From: a virus
Lineage: Duplodnaviria > Caudoviricetes
Reading direction: 5' to 3' (one strand)
DNA length: 64,000 nucleotides
IMG/VR virus record: IMGVR_UViG_3300029305_005280
Shown: positions 57,290 through 64,000 of the stretch, piece by piece
Layout of the letters: every line of letters begins with the position of its first letter
Position numbering within the stretch: the stretch's first letter is position 1
The notes under the pieces: model-generated
Databases searched by the model: none
Told to the model about the DNA's origin: nothing
Seen by the model: only the letters and a program-made list of their open reading frames with translations
Position numbers and translations under genes: made by a program

Positions 57290-57364
57290 GGCGCCATCGT
57301 CTAAAGGTTAGGACACGAGACCTTCAATCTCGTAATCCGGGTTCGAGTCCCGGTGGCGTCACCA
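57290..57364 (+). tRNA. tRNA-Glu(UUC) with C33
   Basis: cgaga-CCTTCAA-tctcg, Glu-type body and CCA. Confidence 0.85.
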
Positions 57365-57723
57365 GTCTCGGAGCAAGACGCGCAAGCTGTCCCGTTTGAG
57401 GCCTTTGGACGTGAAAAGGCAAGTTTGATACCGGAGTTCGCTAGAAAACCTACCGGCGCGTGTTAATTTGTTTTTGTTAGTTTAACAGGGTTTACGCATA
57501 TTAACTAAACATAAACTATCCGGATGTAACTGGTATTCGTAAATAATTAGTCCGGCCGGCTAATTATGCAGTTATTTATTTAAAATAACTTATTGAAGAA
57601 GAGTTCGAGTCTCTGACCTAATGGACTTACAGAATGTGAATTATATCTCTTTGTCACATACAGTAAATCGTTCGAGTCGACAAGGGCAGGTGCAATACAT
57701 AAGTTAAAAGGGAATTCAAATAT

Positions 57724-57799
57724 TGGGGTGTCGCCAAGTGGTAAGGCACAGGACTTTGACTCCTGCATTCCGGTGGTTCGAATCCACCCACCCCAGCCA
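57724..57799 (+). tRNA. tRNA-Gln(UUG)
   Basis: cagga-CTTTGAC-tcctg and CCA. Confidence 0.95.
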
Positions 57800-58058
57800 A
57801 AGGTAGCCATACCCTATATTAAATAGTGCAAAAATGGTCGAAAGTCAAATGTTAATAAGACTCCAGTTCGGTGCATGAACAGGTTAGCGGATATGCATAG
57901 GTGCTCATATTGGTTAAAAGTAAGGGGTTGCCGAAATTCGACTTTACAAGGGAGTGGAAGCACAACCACAGTATATAAACCCCTACCCCATTTGATTTAT
58001 GTGGGTTAAAAGATAGTGTGAGAAGTGCACTCTCCAATTTCTATAAATCATTATATAA

Positions 58059-58158
58059 CACAGTATAGTTTAGTGGCAAAAAACAACCGAATCCCAGGTA
58101 ACAGACAATCCTCACAAGGGATTAAGATACTCAAGTTCGATTCTTGATGCTGTGTCCA
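58059..58158 (+). ncRNA. tRNA-like RNA with aberrant anticodon arm
   Basis: Acceptor CACAGTA/TGCTGTG-T-CCA, D-like arm and perfect T arm TCAAG-TTCGATT-CTTGA, but no canonical anticodon arm. Confidence 0.6.
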
Positions 58159-58334
58159 CACGCTATGGTTTTTAGATTCCTTGAGCGTTTTGAACTCCGT
58201 GCAGAACTGAGGACGCTTGGTTTAGAGCAAAACAACAAAGGGCGCTATGACTCTTGAAAGAATAGAGCAAGTCAAATTTGATAATAGTGGCGTTTATGCG
58301 AGTGGGCCGACTACACAGGGAAACTTCGCTACAT

Positions 58335-58409
58335 ATACCCTTGGTGTAATTAGTAGCACGATAGTCTCCAAAACTATTAGTCAAGGTTCAAGTCCTTGAG
58401 GGTATGCCA
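58335..58409 (+). tRNA. tRNA-Trp(CCA)
   Basis: atagt-CTCCAAA-actat and CCA. Confidence 0.9.
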
Positions 58410-58413
58410 AGAT

Positions 58414-58445
58414 TAGTTGAATAATTGCTCGAAAGGGCTTATTAT
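58414..58445 (+). promoter_or_regulatory. Sigma-A-type phage promoter variant
   Basis: TAG-TTGAAT-N17-TATTAT. Confidence 0.55.
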
Positions 58446-58478
58446 ATAAAATAGAAAGATAAGTAAAGGATGAAGAAA

Positions 58479-58777
58479 ATGTTTAAGAAAAAGACAAAAG
58501 TAATTGCCCCCCCCCGACCACTCAGGAAATGATTGCTTCGGCAACAAAGAAGATTGAATCAGATATTGTAGCATATAGTGCACAAAAAGATTCTGCACTG
58601 AGTGTATTTCGACAGACTGCAAATAGACTTGAGTCTGTAAACAAGGGACTTACAAATTCGGTTAAGGACCTTGATACTTTAATGAATTTTGCATGTAAGC
58701 AGAAAGAGTCTGTTGAAAAAGCAATTGCAGATAACGAAGCAGTTCGTAATAAGATTCTTGACATTATCGGAAAATAA
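58479..58777 (+). CDS. Coiled-coil protein interrupted by a C9 tract (frameshifted; the in-frame part is 58529-58777)
   Basis: RBS and ATG at 58479 read MFKKKTKVIAPP, then go out of frame at the C9 run (58507-58515). Confidence 0.55.
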
Positions 58778-58812
58778 TACATAATGAGGCAATATTTTAT
58801 TGCCTCTGATAT

Positions 58813-58889
58813 GCGGAATTGACGCAACTGGTCAGCGTGTCTCCCTTACAAGGAGAAAGTTATAGGTTCGAGTCCTATATTCCGCACCA
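58813..58889 (+). tRNA. tRNA-Val(UAC)
   Basis: tctcc-CTTACAA-ggaga and CCA. Confidence 0.95.
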
Positions 58890-59529
58890 GTTGGAGAGAT
58901 GGTACTACCTTAACTTCACTCCGTAGGGTAACGCTTACAACAAAGATTAGTAAGGTACGCATTTTTGGTTTCAGGTAAGACTTTCTATGGTGTTAATAAA
59001 GAAAGGAAATTAAAGTTGCAGCTGGGTTGGTAAACCTCTTTAACGGGAGAAAGCTTCCTCATTGTAACCAAGTGTAGTTATTAGGTACGACATAAGGCCT
59101 TATGCCGGTATAACAGCACTTGTTTATATATAGAATATGCTTGTGAAAAATTTTGCGTATCATGTAAGGCTGTCCGTTGAGGTTGAGCATATTCATTGCA
59201 TATACTGGTGGGACGGCGCCCAACCCTTAAATGAGTGGCTCACGATATCGATGCCAGTATTCATGTTTTCTATATAACTTTATTTCATATGCATTCCCCT
59301 TTCAATAATACATATAAGATAAAGTTTCGAAGTCCAAGCGGTGAAAGTCCGGCAAGACCTGAAAGAAGGAACTTGGCAAATTACTTTAAACATAAGGTGC
59401 TCCGATATAGCATATAGATACTAGTTCATATATATGCCAGCACTCCAAGTAGACAACTGAGTCGAAGTACGGATTTGATAGAGTCGAGCAGGAGCTAAGT
59501 GGAATTTGAGAAACAGCCTTTATATACTT

Positions 59530-59606
59530 GCAACCGTACATCAGGTGGTTAGATGGCTCGCCTGATAAGCGAGATGTCGAAGGTTCGAGTCCTTCCGGTT
59601 GCACCA
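59530..59606 (+). tRNA. tRNA-Ile(GAU)
   Basis: ctcgc-CTGATAA-gcgag and CCA. Confidence 0.93.
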
Positions 59607-59858
59607 AATCCTGATTGCTGTCACCAAAACAGAATCATACAAGTGTGTGCTTGTGCACTATTCAAAGTTGGAGACGAATAGTGAAAACATAGACCTCTGA
59701 GCTCCAACAAAGAGTGTCTTATCCGAGTTGTGGGTTGTAGGATATTTGAAACTGAGGCAAGATGGTAGGAAACAAGCAAATAGTCCTTATCTAGTATATA
59801 ATAGAAGACGCGGCATAAAATTTGTAACCGCACTTGTAGTAAGTTTACCTTTATATAT

Positions 59859-59934
59859 GTGCCTGTAGCTCAGTTGGTAGAGCACGTGACTTTTAATCAC
59901 GGGGTCCCGAGTTCGAGCCTCGGCAGGCACACCA
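59859..59934 (+). tRNA. tRNA-Lys(UUU)
   Basis: cgtga-CTTTTAA-tcacg and CCA. Confidence 0.95.
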
Positions 59935-59940
59935 ATATAT

Positions 59941-60019
59941 GCCTCTGTAGCTCATCTGCGGTCAGAGCGCTGGTCTGAAAAACCAGAGGTTGTCTGTTCG
60001 ACTCAGACCGGAGGCACCA
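59941..60019 (+). tRNA. tRNA-Phe(GAA)
   Basis: ctggt-CTGAAAA-accag and CCA. Confidence 0.93.
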
Positions 60020-60167
60020 GCGTTGGAAATGAAACTACCCAATGTTTGAGACAAGCTCACAAAGATGCTTGAAGCCCGCAAGGCAAAGTGTTGTCCACAT
60101 CAGTCACTTTAGAGGTGGATAGGTTATAAAGTAGGTATACATATAATATAACTGACGGTGACAATAT

Positions 60168-60237
60168 GGGTGTATACTTTAAGTGGTAAAAACTAATGCT
60201 ATATATTAGATTGCTGGTTCGAGCCCAGCTGCGCCCA
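60168..60237 (+). pseudogene. Degenerate tRNA or tRNA-like RNA
   Basis: Acceptor GGGTGTA/TGCGCCC and intact T arm; the anticodon loop GCTATAT is non-canonical and no CCA is encoded. Confidence 0.55.
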
Positions 60238-60252
60238 AGCTCTCCTATATAT

Positions 60253-60329
60253 GCCGGTGTAGCCGAATTGGCATAGGCGCTTGTCTTAGGAACAAGTTTT
60301 TGCAGGTTCGAGTCCTGTCACCGGTACCA
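60253..60329 (+). tRNA. tRNA-Leu(UAG) lacking the long variable arm
   Basis: cttgt-CTTAGGA-acaag, V region only TTTTT, and CCA. Confidence 0.88.
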
Positions 60330-60443
60330 GCGCTTGTCTTAGCGTGGAAGTTTCAAATATAAGACGTAACGCAAGGGAAGCCAAGGCGTGTTCATTATTA
60401 CGCGAGTAATGACAAAGTGGTGCACCACAAGGCTGCCTCCTAT

Positions 60444-60520
60444 GCCGCAGTGGCTCAGATGGCAAGAGCACTCCGTTCATACCGGAGAGGTCACTGGTTC
60501 AAGGCCAGTCTGCGGCACCA
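60444..60520 (+). tRNA. tRNA-Met(CAU), elongator type
   Basis: ctccg-TTCATAC-cggag, paired G1-C72 and CCA. Confidence 0.9.
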
Positions 60521-60734
60521 GAAGGTCAAGCCCCTTCGTACAAGGCTATGCGTTTAAGCTATGCATTCCGACATAATGCAGAGTTCATAAGTTTATTCTT
60601 TAAAGCTTATCGTGTATGAGGTTTATTACTTTTTGTTACCCAAACCCCACGAAATAGGGCAACCAGCAAAAATCAAAAGCGGAATTGATTTACTTTCGAC
60701 AACATGCAGAAGTACAATGCATGTAAATCATGTA

Positions 60735-60801
60735 AAGAAATGTGTGGTGTAAATTGGTAGCATTCACGATGGGTAAGAGGTTCAATTCCTCTACATTTCT
60801 T
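60735..60801 (+). ncRNA. Anticodon-arm-less tRNA-like RNA
   Basis: 9-bp stem AAGAAATGT/ACATTTCTT, D arm GGTGTAAATTGGTAGCATT and T arm AGAGG-TTCAATT-CCTCT; only about 11 nt lie between the D and T arms. Confidence 0.55.
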
Positions 60802-60882
60802 GACAAGGCATAGAGCAAATGGCCTGCCTATTGCAAGGGCTAATAAATGTGCAGAACCCGTCATACTTAATGCGGGACATAT

Positions 60883-60969
60883 GGGTGGATATACCGTAAG
60901 TGGTAGCGGGGCAGACTGTAAATCTGCTGCCTAACGGCTCGGGTGGTTCGACTCCATCTCCACCCACCA
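60883..60969 (+). tRNA. tRNA-Tyr(GUA)
   Basis: gcaga-CTGTAAA-tctgc, long V arm and CCA. Confidence 0.95.
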
Positions 60970-61190
60970 GAGGGAAGTTGACTTTTTGTATTTCAAACAC
61001 ACCTACTAATAGTGGTAGTAAATACTATAATATATTGTCCTGGCAGACAAAAACCAGTGAAATAAAGAATTGCTGCGGGGTATAAGTGCGTGGTAGTGAC
61101 CGTCGCCTCAACAATGCTTAAGGATATCGTCAAATGCCGATTATTGGGATATAGTAACGAATAAATCTGGGAATAGTTACATAGATTTAT

Positions 61191-61265
61191 CCAGATGTAA
61201 GTCAATGGTAGACGGCGAAGTTTGGGACTTCGTAGCTGGGGGTTCGAATCCCTCCATCTGGACCA
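61191..61265 (+). tRNA. tRNA-Pro(UGG)
   Basis: cgaag-TTTGGGA-cttcg and CCA. Confidence 0.93.
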
Positions 61266-61272
61266 TTTATTT

Positions 61273-61347
61273 GCCCTCATAGTTCAATGGATAGAACAAG
61301 GGTCTTCTAAACCCTAAATCTAAGTTCGATTCTTAGTGAGGGTGCCA
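61273..61347 (+). tRNA. tRNA-Arg(UCU)
   Basis: agggt-CTTCTAA-accct and CCA. Confidence 0.93.
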
Positions 61348-61665
61348 CTAGACGGATTGAGGTCTTGCATAGGTTAGAAAGTAAAAAGGTACGACACTTT
61401 TCCTATAAACCAGTGACTCACACTGTAGAGACTACTAAGAGCTGTGAGGAAAGTCCGATGTGCTCACAGACGCTCAGACAGTAGGCAGCGACGAATAGGC
61501 CTAGTGAAGATGATAACTTTGATAATCAAATAAAAATCCGGTCCAAAGTAAGCATAATATACTAAGTGGCATACATGAGATATTGGTTGGGCAGTGCTTC
61601 GCCTATTTAATCAAAAGCTAGTGTATGTACCCCCAGTTTTCCGGATGGGTCTGGGTAGTTTATCT

Positions 61666-61756
61666 GGAGGAGTACCCAAGTGGTTGAAGGGTCCGGTCTT
61701 GAAAACCGGTAGGTCGGGCAACCGGCGCGGGAGTTCGAATCTCCCCTCCTCCGCCA
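61666..61756 (+). tRNA. tRNA-Ser(UGA)
   Basis: ccggt-CTTGAAA-accgg, long V arm and CCA. Confidence 0.96.
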
Positions 61757-61866
61757 AATCTAAAACACTTGTGGTTCAAGGTTCATGAGTATTCCGTTCG
61801 ATTCGGAAGTAATAAATGGATGATGTAACAATCTCTCATGTTTTTAGTGGTTCAATTCCACTTTAT

Positions 61867-61956
61867 GGAGCGATGGGTGAGAGGTTGAAACCACCTCCCT
61901 GCTAAGGAGGCGAGGTCTACGGGCCTCCGACAGTTCGAATCTGTCTCGCTCCGCCA
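61867..61956 (+). tRNA. tRNA-Ser(GCU)
   Basis: cctcc-CTGCTAA-ggagg, long V arm and CCA. Confidence 0.95.
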
Positions 61957-61961
61957 TATAT

Positions 61962-62050
61962 GGTAGCCGTGGTGGAATTGGTAGACACGCTGGATTGTGG
62001 CTCCAGTACTCTTTTGAGTTGTGAGAGTTCAAGTCTCTCCGGTTACCCCA
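61962..62050 (+). tRNA. tRNA-His(GUG) with a Leu-like D arm and long variable arm
   Basis: G-1:C73 pair, ctgga-TTGTGGC-tccag, V arm ACTC-TTTT-GAGT and CCA. Confidence 0.88.
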
Positions 62051-62079
62051 GATAAAATATAATAACTGAGGTGTTTACG

Positions 62080-62196
62080 ATGCTAAGAGATAAACTTTAC
62101 TATGAAAATAGAATTAGTTTGCTTTCTAATAGAGCAAAAGAGAATCAAAGAATCATTGCGAAACTAAAAAGAAAGCTAAGACAACTTGAGGCATAA
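62080..62196 (+). CDS. Small basic protein (38 aa, not in the ORF track)
   Basis: GAGGTG RBS; MLRDKLYYENRISLL...KRKLRQLEA. Confidence 0.45.
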   Translation: MLRDKLYYENRISLLSNRAKENQRIIAKLKRKLRQLEA

Positions 62197-62203
62197 TAAC
62201 AGA

Positions 62204-63013
62204 ATGAATCATAATAAATATGGTTGTAAACCTCCTCAAATTGATGTAAGAGACTACAAACTTGCAAAAACCGCAGTTGACGCCTCTTCCTTACCTGTCG
62301 CATATGTTCCTATGCAATTACCAGCAGTTAAAAATCAAAAAAGTGTTTCTTCTTGTGTAGCACATACAACAAGTTCGATTCTTGAATTCCATGATATTGA
62401 AAATGGTAATACATTATCAACTAACTTCATATATGGTATTCAAAAACAATTTTGTGGACATGAAGGCTCAGGAATGTATTTGAGAGATGCTTGTAAAATT
62501 GTTAAAGAATATGGCGATATGCTCGAAAGTGACTGCTCTGGTAACGACGAAATACCTAAGTGCTGGGAGATTGCACAGGATGCCCTTAATAACGATAAAT
62601 GCAAAAAGAATGCACAGGCGTTTAAAGTAAAATCTTATTTCAATTGTTCCAGTAATAATGACATTAAAAGAGCAATCTATGAATACGGGCCTGTTTTATG
62701 TTCTATTAAATGGTATGATACGTTCAAAGTGGATAAAGATGGTGCTCTTGAAGGAGCTCAAAAAGGTGACTATGGTTATCATGCAGTAATGATTTATGGA
62801 TGGAATTCAACAGGATTTTTGTGTCAAAATAGTTGGGGCAAAAATTGGGGCGTAAATGGTAGATTTGTTCTTCCTTATAGTATCCCAGTTGCGGAAGCAA
62901 AGGGCTTAGTCGACGAAGAAACATCAAATATTATTATTCCTAAAAGAAATAAATTTTTAGATTTTATTTATAAGATTGTAAATGCCATTGTTAACTTTTT
63001 CAAAGGTAAGTAG
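62204..63013 (+). CDS. Papain-like (C1A) cysteine peptidase
   Basis: VKNQKSVSSCVA (Q/C), HAVMIYGW and QNSWGKNWG. Confidence 0.9.
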   Translation: MNHNKYGCKPPQIDVRDYKLAKTAVDASSLPVAYVPMQLPAVKNQKSVSSCVAHTTSSILEFHDIENGNTLSTNFIYGIQKQFCGHEGSGMYLRDACKIVKEYGDMLESDCSGNDEIPKCWEIAQDALNNDKCKKNAQAFKVKSYFNCSSNNDIKRAIYEYGPVLCSIKWYDTFKVDKDGALEGAQKGDYGYHAVMIYGWNSTGFLCQNSWGKNWGVNGRFVLPYSIPVAEAKGLVDEETSNIIIPKRNKFLDFIYKIVNAIVNFFKGK

Positions 63014-63023
63014 GTGCTAATCA

Positions 63024-63749
63024 ATGAGTGTTGATACATCATTAAAAACCGAAGTATTTGAAAAAGGTGTAAGAAAGAATTCTTTCATTCAGGATAATAA
63101 CAAGTGGTATAATACAACGGGTGTTGGTGGATATTCAACATGTATTGTTGGTAGCCCATCAAGAAGTGGTGCAAATGTTCTTTGCAATTGTGTAGGGCTT
63201 GCTAATGGGGCATTTAATGAAACATATGTTAAATGTAAGCAAACATTAGATTCATCCTTTGTACCTAAACAATATTATGCTTTTACTTCCAATGGTAATA
63301 CGACAATAACAAGAGCAAAATCATTAGGACTAGAAACTATTGACCCTTCAGGTATTCCTCCTCTTGGTGGTTTAATCTCTTGGGGTGGAGGAGCCAATCA
63401 CGTTGCATATATAGCTGATGTTATTGATAATGACACTATAGTTATAGTACAGGCAGGTTATGACACGCCAGTATGGTCTCAGAGAAATACCGCTGATACA
63501 GGTTGGGTATGTGATGCAAGAACTATAAAAAGAGGTTCTTCGAATCTGTGGGCATATCAGAATTCAGTTCCAAGTGGCACTGTTTGTCAAGGATTTGTTG
63601 TTAATCCTGCAGTAGCTGATGCAATAGAAGCAATATATGGAGTTAGACTTGGTAATCAATTATATTCTGCTCATATATGGAAAGATGGTAAATGGAATAA
63701 AACAATTCCTCACCTGTGGTCAAATGGTAAATGGAATAAAACAAATTAA
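63024..63749 (+). CDS. CHAP-domain cell-wall hydrolase-like protein
   Basis: NCVGLANG (Cys) and GGLISWG...NHVAYI (His); duplicated C-terminal W-x-x-GKWNKT. Confidence 0.7.
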   Translation: MSVDTSLKTEVFEKGVRKNSFIQDNNKWYNTTGVGGYSTCIVGSPSRSGANVLCNCVGLANGAFNETYVKCKQTLDSSFVPKQYYAFTSNGNTTITRAKSLGLETIDPSGIPPLGGLISWGGGANHVAYIADVIDNDTIVIVQAGYDTPVWSQRNTADTGWVCDARTIKRGSSNLWAYQNSVPSGTVCQGFVVNPAVADAIEAIYGVRLGNQLYSAHIWKDGKWNKTIPHLWSNGKWNKTN

Positions 63750-63764
63750 AAATTATTAAAGATT

Positions 63765-63796
63765 TAGTTGAATCTTCTCAATTTACATAATATAAT
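63765..63796 (+). promoter_or_regulatory. Sigma-A-type phage promoter
   Basis: TAG-TTGAAT-N17-TATAAT. Confidence 0.75.
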
Positions 63797-63906
63797 TATT
63801 GTATAATATAAAGTAGCATAAAACACAAGATTGCAAAAAAACTTGTTTGTGAGAGTTTTAAACCATCGGTGCCTGCACTGGTAGTATTTTAAATCACAAC
63901 CTATAT

Positions 63907-63982
63907 TCCCACTTAGCTCAGTCGGTAGAGCACTCGGCTGTTAACCAAGCGGTCGCAGGTTCGAGCCCTGCAGTGGGAGCCA
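63907..63982 (+). tRNA. tRNA-Asn(GUU)
   Basis: Loop CTGTTAA, canonical D and T arms, and CCA. Confidence 0.93.
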
Positions 63983-64000
63983 CAGGTCCACTGTTAGGTG

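Noticed and set aside
60330-60342. 13-bp duplication (gcgcttgtcttag) of the tRNA-Leu(UAG) anticodon arm just downstream, as a possible att site
   Set aside because: There is no integrase or inserted element, and the repeat is too short to interpret.
57000-62050. tRNA-associated HDV-like (theta) ribozymes
   Set aside because: I inspected the tRNA 3' trailers by eye and could not build the nested double pseudoknot. A motif search is needed to exclude them fully.
91-62927. Short minus-strand and nested alternative-frame ORFs in the track
   Set aside because: They are shadows of + strand genes or tRNAs, with no RBS or recognisable motifs.
1-64000. Stop-codon reassignment or suppressor tRNAs
   Set aside because: Long genes are intact in code 11, and TAA, TAG and TGA all terminate genes. 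No CUA/UUA/UCA anticodon was found; the CCTTCAA loop centres on TTC.

Overview
This window is a 64-kb, AT-rich segment of a large dsDNA tailed-phage genome. Almost all genes lie on the + strand and use the standard genetic code. Sigma-A-type promoters, class III RNR and RecU point to an anaerobic Bacillota host (inference). Gene order: (1) end of a baseplate/tail module, 1-4 kb. (2) Replication module, 4-14 kb: SNF2 helicase, initiator, DnaC-like loader, DnaB, DnaG, gp32-like SSB and a family A polymerase. (3) Putative 7-deazaguanine DNA hypermodification cassette, 14-20 kb: preQ1-I-like riboswitch, YhhQ transporter, DpdA/TGT-fold transglycosylase, atypical SDR, GT-A glycosyltransferase, CofD/YvcK-HAD fusion and nucleotidyltransferase. 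(4) Clamp and recombination genes, 20-36 kb: beta clamp, RecU, a degenerate MT-A70, RecA, nucleases, a full DnaX/HolB/HolA clamp loader and SbcCD. (5) Accessory and nucleotide-metabolism genes, 36-56 kb: atypical peptide deformylase, Ig-repeat protein, nrdD-formate channel-nrdG, RNA ligase, SPFH, dUTPase, DNA ligase and dATP/dGTP diphosphohydrolase. (6) RNA-rich region, 56-64 kb: a ~990-nt structured ncRNA candidate, 18 tRNAs (several structurally unusual), several tRNA-like RNAs, a papain-like protease and a CHAP protein. The best novel-system candidate is the riboswitch-controlled 'salvage, insert, glycosylate' deazaguanine cassette. Its predicted DNA-acting enzymes carry clamp-binding-like C-terminal tails. 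All family assignments come from motifs recognised by eye; no database searches or folding programs were run.
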